From: an uncultured virus (IMG/VR IMGVR_UViG_3300045995_000471)
Taxonomy: Duplodnaviria > Heunggongvirae > Uroviricota > Caudoviricetes
IMG/VR virus record: IMGVR_UViG_3300045995_000471
DNA: 64,000 nucleotides
Strand: one strand, 5' to 3'
The notes below the pieces were generated by a model that saw only the letters and a program-made list of their open reading frames with translations, made no database searches and had not been told where the DNA came from. This document shows, piece after piece, positions 26,555-39,000 of this stretch; within the stretch, counting starts at the first letter, position 1; the number at the start of each line of letters is the position of its first letter. The position numbers and the translations under genes were made by a program.

Positions 26555-29500
26555 TGCGTAACCTCCCACCTAACCATTAGATAGGCAGTATTACGTTTAT
26601 GCAATTTCTTTATAGCAGTCTGGGGACGCCTGTTTCGCATGTAAAAAGTTACCGCCCCACCAGACTCTACTCCTGGGTATAATAATGGTAAATCCCCATT
26701 CAAAAAACTTTTCCAATTTACCCCATCAGAAGAGAGATCTAGTAAATTTTCCGGGATCAGAGCTGTGCTGTCTAGATCTATTAGAGGAGATGAGATGGCC
26801 CGTTTGTAAACTGACAGGTCGGAAAAACCTGCGTATGCCGCGTAAGGATGGATATCATTCTGAGTTAGCACAGTAGTACCTTTCCCTAATATTACACGAA
26901 CATCATCGGTCGTCATATAATCTCCCATGGAATCGAATTTTCCCCAACAGGTCTTGATTCCGTTTACCCATAATACAACAGCATCGGTCAGTCCTGGTAT
27001 ATTTTGTGGCGCCCAACTTAATGTAATGTTGAAAGGGCCCGGATTTGAAGGAGTAGGAATTATTTGTTCAGACTCTCTAATAGTAGGTAAACAAGTTAAG
27101 ACAATTTTCTCTTTAGGACTAAAACAGTAGACTGTCCATCCCCAGTGTAAATCTAAAGCAACACATATGCCAGTAGTGGCATTAGAAACTGTAGCAATAG
27201 TATATAGAAAAGATCTAGGATCTCCATCTTTCAGATTTAATGCGGCCTCTGAAGGATGATAAGTAAATTGAATAGTACCCGTATTCATAAGATCAATTAA
27301 AGGTAAGTACAAAGACTCTTCTAGACCAAGGAATAAGTGACCATCCTCAAACCGTGTTCTAGTATTCTTCATATTCTTAATGTATATATTTGATCCACGT
27401 GTACCAGATACCGATAGTTCAGCATAACCAAAATTTAGAAATGGTAAAGGCATTCCAGTATTCAAACTCATACTGTAATGCTCTAGATCATTTAATGTGA
27501 AGGCAGGTTCTGTTATAGCCTTAGTTCCTTCACTTATCATTGGTACATCTTTATAACGCCATTTATAAGATTTCCACTCATTGTTTAATAGCGTTCCGGT
27601 CACAGTAAACAAATAATAATTAGTTGGGTCCCTGCCAATTTTCATTTCTACTGAATTAATATTTGCTGAATTTATGAACTTAAGGTCTAGTTGGAATGAA
27701 TCTTCCCATGTCCAATAGGGATCAGGCGTAAGCTTCCAGTAGGGAGAACCCTGTCCATTGAAATAACAGGAACCCGGGGTATTAAACCCGGGATAACTAT
27801 AAACTAAAGCATACTCAGGGTCAAACTCAGTGTTATCAACCCACTGCATAAGACCATAATCCGTAGTCCACCAATAAAAATTGCTAGTTAACGGAATCGG
27901 GCGGTCGTGGGGACCAGCTTCTACCGGGCCTACAAACCATATAGACCCAGCAGAAATAGTTGTAGATGTATAATTGGTGCTTTCTAATAAAATCCAGCGC
28001 GCTTCGCCTCCTGTAAAAATAGGACAAGCCTTATTTACAGCCCCAGCATCCGTTTCCCAACCATCACAAGTTCCAGCAAAGTAATATTCAGGATCATCTT
28101 CGTTGTTATAAACCATTATAGGTTTTGCCCACTCTGCATTAGCAACACATTCATTTAAATTTGAACTATACAAACAGCGGCGTTTAAACCCACCTTCCTC
28201 GAAAGAACTGCTCTCCCAATTTACAGAAGTGAGATAATCTTGATCAGAATTGGAAAATCTTCCCTTAGCATTCTGAGTAACTAATTGGCACCTCCCTAAA
28301 GAATAGGGTTTACCCATGTCAAACGCTATTACCGGAGCATCATATTGTGCTAAGCCTTTGTAGGACAGCGAATCCGATTGTACCATACCAGTACCAGAGC
28401 TTGAAATGATAGGATCAGTAACCTGTAAATCTCCTATATAATCATAGATCTGCTGGTTAGACTTAAAAACTTCAGTAGAGGAGACCTCATAGCCTATACT
28501 CTTGGCTACCTGCAGGTCTGGCATGAATTTGGGCGACCCTAGATCTATATCAGCATCGGGAGACTTAGAAAACTTTAGGTAAGATATAGCAGCAGGCTTA
28601 GTAGTAGAAAAATCTGTTAAGTCCGAAGAAGTAGTATATTGTAAATCGGACCATGGATCTTTTTGCCCATAAATATTCAACAAAGGTAGTGGTGGATCGA
28701 ATTTTGCAGCCAAGTTAGTAGAGTCTATCTGTAGTGTTGTAACCTGAATATTATCAAAGGTTACTTCACCCATATCTGATGATAAGGCGAGTTCTGTGGG
28801 CACTATAGAGGACCAGCCTCCAATATAAATTCCAGAAACTATAGTGTAATCTCCTCCATCATAAGAGTAAGAAGGTATAGCAATACTGGAACTCTTGTGT
28901 AACTGTAACCATACGCCAGATGCTGTATCAATGGGAGAAATTGTAACTGGCAATACAGACCCGCTCACTATTAATTCAAGTTGGCTAGATGTCTTAACAC
29001 AAAATTTTATATGATTATTATTGTTACTGGAGTCACATAGGAGAAGCCCGGCCGAGAATGTTCCTGACGCAATTGTCTGAGGATCGAAACCACTTACTCT
29101 GGATATAATCGTTCCATAATCCGTAATAGACCCCCATTCAGTTTGTAATGCAGGACTTAGTAATCTATAATCAAAGAAATTAAAGTTATCAAAACCCATC
29201 CAGTTCTTTATTGTTAGTCCTGTATCTGACGAAGATAAAGTGAAAGCCTCATGAGGATTCACAGCAGTCCAATCCCCGTGTGTTATTACTAGATCTTCAA
29301 AATAGGTCTCATAGTTAAAATCCTCCACAACTCTATTCGATAGTGTCTTATAGGATACATAGTCGAACGTAACATTAGTCATAGCATCACTTGAGATACT
29401 CGCAATGGCTGGAGCGGCGCCAAAAACACCTACACGAATATCATTCGACCAATCTTGAATAGAATATGAACTAACTGTTGTCCAAGAATTCCACGGCAGC

Positions 29501-32500
29501 CTATAACTAAAAGTAACACCCCTGCCATCTTTAATGAGTCTTAGTATCATGCCATACTCAGAAGCATTTGTAGGTATAATATCAGGTAAATTGCCACTAG
29601 GTGTATAATATACAGAGGAGTCTCCGTATCTAATGTAGTCTGACAGAGGAAGATCAAATCTATAGTCATCATAAAAAATATGGCCAGAGACTGTGGATAA
29701 AGAATTACCAGAGTACCTTTCAATACAAAGATATTTTTGTAAGTCTTGATTATCATACATGACGAGACCTGCTGATATATCGGCCCCGGCCACTCCAGAG
29801 AAAGGAACTACTTGCGTCTCTAAAGACATGGTCGATTCTTTTGTGGTGTCTTGAAAGTAAGTAGGATTAACCCAGCCTACATTAGATTGGTACGGCCTAG
29901 TCTTTTGGTTTATAGATAATATACCACTGGAGACTTGTAATTCTTCAGCTCTACACCAATTGGATACTGACCAGATAGAATTGTTGGGGTCCGCAGGCTC
30001 GTTCCAATGTACTGGGGTTGTAAAAGGACTACCCGACACTAAAGTCTGCCATACGACTCCACTGTTGGTTGAGCTATACCAGGCAACAGGAGTAACATCC
30101 ATTATAGAATATACTCTAGCGTGGTAATTAATACATCTATGATTGGTTACGGGGGTATCTGGAGAGCTAATGATCTGAGCAGTACAACCCCTGTACGGGT
30201 CATCTATAGACTCCTGGGAATCTAATTTACTTGCAAATATACATGTCTGATCAATCGCTAAAGGATCAGCAACTCCCAATAACAAATTAGCCCTATGCCC
30301 TGTATCATTGTGAACCTCATATTCTACTGTTGGGCCATAAGTAAATTCACTCCCGTCAGAAGGAGCGCCCCATGACATATTACAAATATCAGTAATGGGT
30401 TCGTTTCCTTCCATTCTTACTTCCACACCTAAGTGTTGGGGAATTAATTTTATCTGTTTGATCTTAGTAGGAAAAAGTCTTATATCCAAAGATAGTTTAC
30501 TTAAAGTAGTTCCTATAGTAGCTACTCCAGTAGTATAATCCTCATTCTGATACTCAAAGTTCATACCATAAGAATAATCTGTTGTCTTGGCTCGGCTAAT
30601 CCGCCTAGAAGATAGTAGTTGTCCTGTTAAATCTACAATGTTATATGACTCAGTGTCAAAGATTTCTGGACCACTTGAGCCTACTGCATACAGCGATCTC
30701 AGAATGGTCTCTCTGGTAGAAAAAATAGAAAAGACCTTTATTGAAGTAATTTTAGGATCAGCCCAATTAGACACATACAGTCTAAGGCCCCGGCTATCAA
30801 ACGGATAAAAAGTTTGGTCTAGTTTATTCCAAAGAACCTTATAGCTTGCTGTCATTCGATCATATCTTGTCTGATCACTAACACCTGGGTATAGATCATA
30901 TGGATTACCAGTAACATAATTAAATCCTAAATATAAATCTCCAGTCATATCTGTGTCATCATCAATATAGACAACCAAAGGATCTAAAAGCCGCATCCAC
31001 CCCACAGCACTGCCTAAGTAGGGAGCGTCAGTCGAAAAGTGGTAGACTCCTGACCAATTCAAGCCGGAGCGATTAACGGGCTCTATATATGCTTCCCAAC
31101 AAAACTCTCTAATGTTATTGGACTCTTCAAAGGTTGTAATTATTCTATAGATATTATGAATATAGCCTGGAAACCAAAAGTCTATCCAGAACTTACTAAT
31201 ATCATCCGTATCTTGAAATTCAATCATTAAATCCGAATCACCAACATCCTGCATAGGGCCCACCGTTTTGTCTGTTGATACCATAACTTGGCTAGTGCCC
31301 AATTTCATAAGGTCAAACTCAAAATTATCTATACTATCTTCACCCACAACAGCTAGTTGTTGAACACCATATTCTCCACGTAACTCCGCCTCTATCCCGA
31401 ATCCAGGGCACTTATCAGTGGAAAATCCGTAGACTGGTAAGCCTTGATAGCCATAAAACTTAACACTTTCTGGTGTATACGAAACACTATCTCCTACTGC
31501 TAAATTATAATTTCTTATCTCTATCCAAGAATTCTTATACAACATTTGTAAGTTAGGTGCGGAACTTGATTCAGTGTGCATAGCAGGCTGGCACATATAT
31601 AACCCTAACATGTCTCCCGGCTTAAGGTGCCAATCCACAGAAAACTCATACAAAGTCTTCTGCCCTCTCCTTAAGTCAAGGATAGTCATAGACCGACTAT
31701 AGACCACAGCAAGTGTAAAATCACCGGTAGGGCGGAGCAGATATACTTTGCTATGATTAGTTATCTTTCCTTTGAACTGAATGGTTTTAATATTCCCTTC
31801 ATCATTGGCTGCACCAAAGATATCAACGAACAATATACCACTTATACTCCCCTCTTCTATAAGTTGTTCTGAGGGAAGATTCATAAGATCTGATCGTCCT
31901 ATTTCTATAGTGGGTTGTTTAGGATCGAACGTAATTACTGTTGACTCTGATGATGGAAGCCTATAAAGCATTGTAGCAGAAAGCCGCTGATAAGCGGGAG
32001 AGTAACCATCCGCAGGTTCAGTACCGTTTTCCGTTTTATATGCTGAGACCGCACTAGACCTGAAGAATCCTAGTTGTTCTGTTACATCCTTATCACCACC
32101 ATGATATATTTGGACACTCCCCGACGTACCCTTTGTTCCGGTATATATAGTAAAATTTTCGTCTACACTATTATAAGCACACTCAGCAAACTTATAGCCA
32201 CCAAAAGATAGCGTATTAAGTTTGAGTGTTATGTCTTGTGCAACAGAATAACAATCGGTGCAATGGCTCAGATCCAAATCAATATATTGTGGAGGATAAT
32301 TGTCAAGAGATACTCCTATACGACAATTATTACCATCTACCTGTACTAATGGCCGTCTGACTAAACTATAAGCCTTGGCGCAGGTTCCAGTAGCCGGGCA
32401 AGTGTGAGTGTAATTTGAGTTCCAGGAACAAGGTGGAAATTTACATTTATAATGTGCATCTGAAGTGAAGGCAATCCTTTGTATAATAACCTCTATATAG

Positions 32501-33003
32501 GGCGCCCCGTCGATAAAGGGGTAGAGGCGAATATCCTGACAGTTTCCAACCCACTTGGGGCTTCCTAGTAGTGAGAACTTATAGTGCTGCCATGCCCCAT
32601 CTGGAATGACGTCAAAGGTAACACATGCATCATCCCACCATATAGGGTCTGTATCCATTCTCCAGGCTATTTTACCAGTAATAGTATCAGGAAGTGTTTT
32701 TCCTACCACACCAGGATTATAACGAACTAACATATCCAATTCGAAATTGGAAAAGAAATCAGCCTCAAAGGTGGCAGTAAGAGGATCTGATAAGGAAATA
32801 TAACAAGACCCATCAGTAGAGGTAGCCCACAAGAACAAACCATCAGCCATGTGCCAATTTAGACCAACATTATCAGTAAATCCGTTATCTCCATTACTAA
32901 AAATAGCCTCAAAGCCATAGTTAGAATCATGCGCACATCTTTCTTTGTTACGTATAAATTTACATTCATTGAGAAGATTGTATTCTGCAGATACATCGGT
33001 CAT
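26551..33003 (-). CDS. Giant (~2150 aa) putative virion/tail protein with beta-sandwich (ConA/LamG-like) modules
   Basis: Uninterrupted ORF; TAATG-overlap start at 33003; ConA-like AGLVMY..LRLIKDG..VGVFG..VTFDYV; C-terminal LamG-like GTIQF..LWVNG..FSDLSVY. Confidence 0.7.
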   Translation of the reverse strand: MTDVSAEYNLLNECKFIRNKERCAHDSNYGFEAIFSNGDNGFTDNVGLNWHMADGLFLWATSTDGSCYISLSDPLTATFEADFFSNFELDMLVRYNPGVVGKTLPDTITGKIAWRMDTDPIWWDDACVTFDVIPDGAWQHYKFSLLGSPKWVGNCQDIRLYPFIDGAPYIEVIIQRIAFTSDAHYKCKFPPCSWNSNYTHTCPATGTCAKAYSLVRRPLVQVDGNNCRIGVSLDNYPPQYIDLDLSHCTDCYSVAQDITLKLNTLSFGGYKFAECAYNSVDENFTIYTGTKGTSGSVQIYHGGDKDVTEQLGFFRSSAVSAYKTENGTEPADGYSPAYQRLSATMLYRLPSSESTVITFDPKQPTIEIGRSDLMNLPSEQLIEEGSISGILFVDIFGAANDEGNIKTIQFKGKITNHSKVYLLRPTGDFTLAVVYSRSMTILDLRRGQKTLYEFSVDWHLKPGDMLGLYMCQPAMHTESSSAPNLQMLYKNSWIEIRNYNLAVGDSVSYTPESVKFYGYQGLPVYGFSTDKCPGFGIEAELRGEYGVQQLAVVGEDSIDNFEFDLMKLGTSQVMVSTDKTVGPMQDVGDSDLMIEFQDTDDISKFWIDFWFPGYIHNIYRIITTFEESNNIREFCWEAYIEPVNRSGLNWSGVYHFSTDAPYLGSAVGWMRLLDPLVVYIDDDTDMTGDLYLGFNYVTGNPYDLYPGVSDQTRYDRMTASYKVLWNKLDQTFYPFDSRGLRLYVSNWADPKITSIKVFSIFSTRETILRSLYAVGSSGPEIFDTESYNIVDLTGQLLSSRRISRAKTTDYSYGMNFEYQNEDYTTGVATIGTTLSKLSLDIRLFPTKIKQIKLIPQHLGVEVRMEGNEPITDICNMSWGAPSDGSEFTYGPTVEYEVHNDTGHRANLLLGVADPLAIDQTCIFASKLDSQESIDDPYRGCTAQIISSPDTPVTNHRCINYHARVYSIMDVTPVAWYSSTNSGVVWQTLVSGSPFTTPVHWNEPADPNNSIWSVSNWCRAEELQVSSGILSINQKTRPYQSNVGWVNPTYFQDTTKESTMSLETQVVPFSGVAGADISAGLVMYDNQDLQKYLCIERYSGNSLSTVSGHIFYDDYRFDLPLSDYIRYGDSSVYYTPSGNLPDIIPTNASEYGMILRLIKDGRGVTFSYRLPWNSWTTVSSYSIQDWSNDIRVGVFGAAPAIASISSDAMTNVTFDYVSYKTLSNRVVEDFNYETYFEDLVITHGDWTAVNPHEAFTLSSSDTGLTIKNWMGFDNFNFFDYRLLSPALQTEWGSITDYGTIISRVSGFDPQTIASGTFSAGLLLCDSSNNNNHIKFCVKTSSQLELIVSGSVLPVTISPIDTASGVWLQLHKSSSIAIPSYSYDGGDYTIVSGIYIGGWSSIVPTELALSSDMGEVTFDNIQVTTLQIDSTNLAAKFDPPLPLLNIYGQKDPWSDLQYTTSSDLTDFSTTKPAAISYLKFSKSPDADIDLGSPKFMPDLQVAKSIGYEVSSTEVFKSNQQIYDYIGDLQVTDPIISSSGTGMVQSDSLSYKGLAQYDAPVIAFDMGKPYSLGRCQLVTQNAKGRFSNSDQDYLTSVNWESSSFEEGGFKRRCLYSSNLNECVANAEWAKPIMVYNNEDDPEYYFAGTCDGWETDAGAVNKACPIFTGGEARWILLESTNYTSTTISAGSIWFVGPVEAGPHDRPIPLTSNFYWWTTDYGLMQWVDNTEFDPEYALVYSYPGFNTPGSCYFNGQGSPYWKLTPDPYWTWEDSFQLDLKFINSANINSVEMKIGRDPTNYYLFTVTGTLLNNEWKSYKWRYKDVPMISEGTKAITEPAFTLNDLEHYSMSLNTGMPLPFLNFGYAELSVSGTRGSNIYIKNMKNTRTRFEDGHLFLGLEESLYLPLIDLMNTGTIQFTYHPSEAALNLKDGDPRSFLYTIATVSNATTGICVALDLHWGWTVYCFSPKEKIVLTCLPTIRESEQIIPTPSNPGPFNITLSWAPQNIPGLTDAVVLWVNGIKTCWGKFDSMGDYMTTDDVRVILGKGTTVLTQNDIHPYAAYAGFSDLSVYKRAISSPLIDLDSTALIPENLLDLSSDGVNWKSFLNGDLPLLYPGVESGGAVTFYMRNRRPQTAIKKLHKRNTAYLMVRWEVTQ

Positions 33004-36000
33004 TAAAATCTCCACCAAGGATCAGGCCAGTTAAAAGTCTTTCCCCCATCATTGCTCACTGTCTTCGGCCAAATAGCTTCTCCCCCTGGTTCCCATTTTT
33101 GGGCTAATCTAATACAGGAATATTTAGAGTCGTCAGTAGTATCTGTGTATGACGCATCCGCTTTAGTTGGATCTATTGTCTGTTGGCTTTTCTTTGATGA
33201 CATGTCCGCACAATCGACTTGAACTATCAAGGGGTGGTTCTTTTTTAGATGCTCTCTCTTCCCCACTAGCTCTTCTTCTTTTCCGGTCCATATTTTACCT
33301 CCGTCAACCTCGGTATCTTTATGTGCCCATTTACTCCCGCACTTTCTTACTAAAAGTGTTTTCCATTTAGTGTCTGTTGTGCTCGCCTTTAAAGGATACC
33401 TGTCATCATATTCATTCCTAAAAGAAAAACTAGATACCTCTTTCCATTCCCAACCATACCATTCTATATGACAATCTTCATCCTTTATTTCTTTTAACTC
33501 CGAAACTGTTATAGGGCTAGCTTCATCACCTCCCCGAGACTCAAATTTTTGGTCTTTTTTAAGATTGGCTCCTGTAATATCCATAATTTCATTCCAGTCG
33601 TGATAGGGAATTATAGCAGTAAATTTAAATCTACTATTAGAAAAATCTTTTGCCTCTAATTTTCTCGCCTCTTCAAATATCTCTTCTTGGTAACCTTCTC
33701 TATTTTTTATATCTTCCCAATTCACTTCATCTATCTTCATGTTTATTTGGTCTAAGAAAACCCAGTTTCTTTGATCATTGACCCGCCCACGCATGCTATT
33801 TTGGATGCTATTATAAATGCCTTGCTGGGCTGCATTGGCCATCTGCTCTGCATAATCTCTGGATGCCCCAACATCACCACCAGCTAAGGTGCGGGAATAA
33901 GCGCCACCTAGACTTCCTTGTGTACCTCTTGCTGAAAGTGGGGTCTTTTCCCACCCGGAATTATTTAGACTCTTCAGGGTATTCTGCTTCTGGGCGTAAG
34001 ATGTCCCAAACTCTCTACCCATAGCAGCACTTCGTCTGTCTTCTGCCCCTCCTTGTTCCACGGTCTGGATCATCTTTAAGAGTGCGTCAAATCCCCTAAC
34101 TTCATATTTATACGCATATTCATTATACTTATCATCATCTTTAGACTCTACCCCTCTATATTTCTTTTTATTTATAGCCTTGGACTCATCCTTATATTGG
34201 TCACCAGTAATAAAATACCGACCCTTAAGAATAACCTTGCCAGCCTTGTATGGCAATGCGGGCCACCAGATATAGTCTCTTGTAGGATATTTATCAGCCC
34301 CCGAGGTAGTGATCCATTCTGGCCCTGCCATTCTGGTAGTCCATACCCCACCCCACATCCAGCTCTTCTCTTTTTCCGCCGGATCCCAATTGTATGGATA
34401 CACCCTAGCGTCTGGAGTTTCGCCTTGGTTTATAGCATTCCAGGCAATCATTTTCAATCGAGACAAAGGTAGTTCTGGAACTTCCACACCGGCTCTAGGA
34501 AAGATTTCTGCCTTAGGTACTTTTCCCAACAAAGATTTTTTTGACTGACCACTAGGGTCTTTAAGAGTTTTTTCTTCTTCCTCCCTCATGCTCGTATACA
34601 TCTGCTCTTCTGCTTTCACAAACCAACTCTCGTCCACTCCTGCTCCAGTTGTATCTTCTGCAGTATATCTACCTGAGTCTTTCCACCAGCCTTCAGTTCT
34701 CTCCAATTTTTTGTCAAAGTCTTCCCAATTAGGCTTATACCAATCCTGATCCTGCTCAGTAAAGAAATCGTATTCTTTTCCAGAGACCTCTAGCTCACAT
34801 TTAGATCCAGTAGAAACATAGAAACCTACCTCTTCTACCTCTACTAACTCAGCGCACTTGCCAGGGGACAAGACTCCTATTTTTATAGAAGAAATAAGAT
34901 TGTCTAAATAGCAAAAATTGTCTGGGTTAGGAACTGTCTCTAGTTTTTGACTCGATAGTTTTCCATCTCTATCATATTGGTCTTTCATCTCTACTTTAGT
35001 TTCGCTTCCTTTCCATAACCCCTGATAAAAATTACCTGGGTCTGTTTTTACCCACCATTTAAATGTAATGCTCAGATCAAACGAAGTCCCAAAATCAAGG
35101 AAATACTTTACTTTCATATCCTTCTCTCCAGTGTCTGGGATCACCGGGAGGCTTGTATTGAAAGTAACGTTACTAGTTGACAAAGGATTACCACCAGGAA
35201 CAGCCGCCGCCGCGATGCTAACTTCCAGTGACATAGAATCGGTAGCATTATGTAGGTAATCTGAAAGATTAGACTCAGAAAACCAAGAGTCTAACGTTAT
35301 CTCTAGAAATAATGCATCGGAATTAAATCTTGGTAAACTAAAATTACCTGAAAGGGAGTGTTCGTTTTGTCCTCCAGAGGAAATCTTCTTATCTATCCTG
35401 CTATGGTATTCTGTCCCTTGAAATTCTCTTTCTTCAAAGATTTTTCCCAGTGTTCTGTAATTTACATTTCCAATTATGAATCCAGGATAATAACCAGCCG
35501 CATTCATATTACTAGAAGTAAGTAAATTAGCCCCGCCAGTAGGATTTTTTAAACCGAGACCAGCATCCTTAAATATAATTTCACCAGTAGAGAATACTCC
35601 TCTGTATGCTGGCTTCCCATATTCATCTTTATCGTCTTCATCTCCTTTCTCAAGTTCTACAGGAACTATAGATCCCGAATGATAAACCGCGTGGGGGACC
35701 TCACTGTCTGCTTCTGATGGTACTTTGTAATCAATAATAGTCCCTAAATTAGCATCACTAAGTTTTCTCACCCACATTAATGGAGGACGCATCTTTCCAT
35801 CGTTATCAATACGTTCGGATTCCGCTACTATAGCAAAATATGTTTTCAGGAATTTCTTTTCTTTTTCATTCTTTGAATTAGATCCATCCTCTTTGAGATT
35901 GGGTCCGCAGGATACTTCTCGCCCATCATCCATATTATCTTTTTTCTTGGAATACGGCCCACACATTATAGAAGAAATTGACCATAGCCCCGTATCGTCC

Positions 36001-39000
36001 ACACTATCTTGTTTAGTTTTTATAGGCCTTGAGTAATACTCTTTTAATATGGACTCAATAGCCAATTTCTCTGTATCAGCAGGAATTACTGGCATAGGAT
36101 CCATAAGCTCAGGATACCATTTAAGTATTTTTTTAGCCCGCGTTATTTTGTCTCTAACATCCTCAGGCCATGCCCAGTGAACTGCCGAGTCCGCTCCTGT
36201 TGGTTTCTTAAAGCCTACAAAAGTTTTCCCATAATTATATGATCCATAAAATCCAGGGTATCTATTTCCAACACTTATAATATCTTTATCTGCTACGGCA
36301 AAGCCCTTAACATCAGATCCAGATAAGTATGGATCAGGTTTGGCTTTACTAACAGTAAGTAACTTTTTCTCTTCTGCAAAGCCAGTTACTTCTAATAGAA
36401 TATTATCTTGGCTATCATAATAACTAGCACTATCTCCTACCACTGTGATTCTACACAAAGGAACATCAGCCTTTATAGATAATGTAAATCGTCCTGCATC
36501 AGAACGAGTGTAAGGTTGGCCACACAATACAGGATCGTATTGAGTAACAATTCTAACATCTTTAGTCGGGATAGATTTTAATTCCTCTCCACCACCCTCC
36601 GTTGGACCTTCTTCTCTAAAAGGATCCTCTGTCATAATATAGTAGTAAAAGGGGTTTATAGCTTCAGATGCCATAGGTATCAAAGCCCGAGTACACTCAA
36701 TAGGAGGAGCTAGCAATGTAACCATTTCTCTTGGCTGTCCAGAAGGGGTTGCGGAAGTCCACCAACTAGGGATAGCTGGAAAACTAGGGGTTTCTTTGCT
36801 CTTTCCATCTGCTCTAGGAAGCCAAGAAATAACTGAGCCAATAGTACACAATTCTATTGAAAACATTTCTCTGCCCATGTTACCGAAGAGAGGAGGAGAA
36901 TCAAAAGGGCTCCAAGGATAATTATAACCGAAGGCAGTTTGTTGGTATTCATAGTACCGGTTACAAGTCTTCTCTAACTTTGTTCTAGCTTCTTGCGTCT
37001 TAGTGGCTAGAGCGTCACGAGCTTGGCCCCTTGCTGACCTAGAGTTAAATTCATTCACCTTAGATCTTAGTGCTGCTGCCTCGTCTTCTTTTTCAGACTG
37101 TATTTTTTTGGCCTCGTCAACTTTATCACTTATCTTATTTGTAGGAGCACCGCGAGAAGTATAAGTGGCCCTACCATCCGCACTATATACCGAGCCTCCC
37201 TCAGAAAATGTAGATTGGGGGTTTGCATCTAGTATCTTTTGTTTGGATTCATACCTTGCAGCATCTCCCTTAGCCGCCGCAGCTGCAGATTCGGCTTTAC
37301 GGGCAGCATCCTCTAACTCTTTGTATTTCATTTCTTCACTAGAGTTAGGATCACTACCGTAGTAGGGATCTATACTACCAGGTACATATTGATCAGAAAT
37401 TTGAAATGCACCTAGATCCTTTCGCTTTTTAAGACCATACTTGTCAACACCAGTTAATATGTCTATCTCAGATTTATCCTCTATGCTTTGTACCTGCTGC
37501 TGCGCTGAATCTAACTTTCGAGACTCCTCCTCATTTAGAAAGGACAACCCACCAGTAAAATTAGCTATCCAGCCTCTTAACCTTCCACGGGCTTGTTCTT
37601 TCTTTAGGTTGGTTTCTAGGGTGGCGTTTGTTTGATCTCCAGACCATTGTTGAAAGAGGGTTTCTACCTTAGTCTTCCATTCGTCGTAGTCCTGTCTAGA
37701 TGGATCTTTAATTACAAACACATCCTTCTCCCCCTCCGACAAAGTCTCAACCGGGATATCTGGAGTTTCACTTTCTTGCCTATCCACTAGGTACATCCAA
37801 TCCGCTTTCCATCCTGATTTTCTGGTAATAGACGGAGCAGTAGGGGGATCAGAATTATAATCAGAATATTTGTTACATAGCGGACAGGGCTGTGGGCTTT
37901 TAGAATCAAAACAAACATCTCTTGCAAAGTATCTATTACAAAGGGAGCAATAACACTGGTCTGGAGCACTAGCAGTGTTAGCAACGTATGGCTTTAAGAA
38001 AACTGTTTTGGTAGGTACATCATAATATTCTCGGTACTCTAATTGAAATACTGGTCCCCTAGTTTTAGATCTCCCTATAAATTGGGTTTCTCGCTTTTCA
38101 TCATAGATCCAATGACGAGACCACGTTCTCACTCTAGTAACATCCGTGCCTCGTATGCACCAATCAGAGGCTTGCATCCTAAAAGCACCTAGGTTCTCAG
38201 CCTCTTTTGGCTTGTTTCTCCACTTATCCATAAATTCCCAAGGATAACCGTTGTGTCTAGGAACATAGACAGAAGAAGGCTCTCCTCGTGTATAGGGATA
38301 ATAAAGAGCACCAGGATTATCCGGCGGCATGTTAAGAGTATTACTGCTTTTAGGAAAACCAAAAGTAGGATCTCTATTAACGATAGCAGCATCTGCCTTT
38401 TGGGTAAAGGTCGATGACCATTCAGCCCTAGTCATCTGGAATCGAGGTGTGCCTCCTTGAACGTTGGTAGATGTTCTGGTATTATATTGAAGACTAGGTT
38501 GAAATTCGGTTCCCAGATCATGGTCCCCTTGATCAACCATAGTAAACATTTGGTCCTTACCTTTTGTTTTACAAGCAACCTTACTCGCAGCGCTATTTGT
38601 CATGGTTCGATTCTTCATGTTACCAGTAGTTAATTCTTCCCCAGGATAAGTATCCCGCCATATATACATTATCTCATAGTCTCTGCAAGCATATTTTGCA
38701 TGAGGCCAAACGGTAGCCATAGAACATGTTCCCATAGGAACTTTATCATACCCATCTACCTTATCTTCAGCGGGTTCGTATCTAAATAGAGTACGCATAA
38801 TTCCAGACTTAGGACTACTGAACATAATACGTGTTTCTTTCTTGTAATAGTTGCCCTCTTTCTCCCACATATATTTAGCATCAGCCTCATGCTCATCATA
38901 GATATCCGCAATATAGGCATACTCCATATAGATCTCTAGTTCATCATGATCCGGAATTGTGATAGGAGAAGCACCTTTTAGGGGAGGATACCACATGTCG

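Noticed and set aside
36838..36856. Partial match to the conserved motif (ATAGTACACAA)
   Set aside because: Core incomplete and the flanking CTA-N9-TAG dyad is missing; inside a CDS; could be chance.
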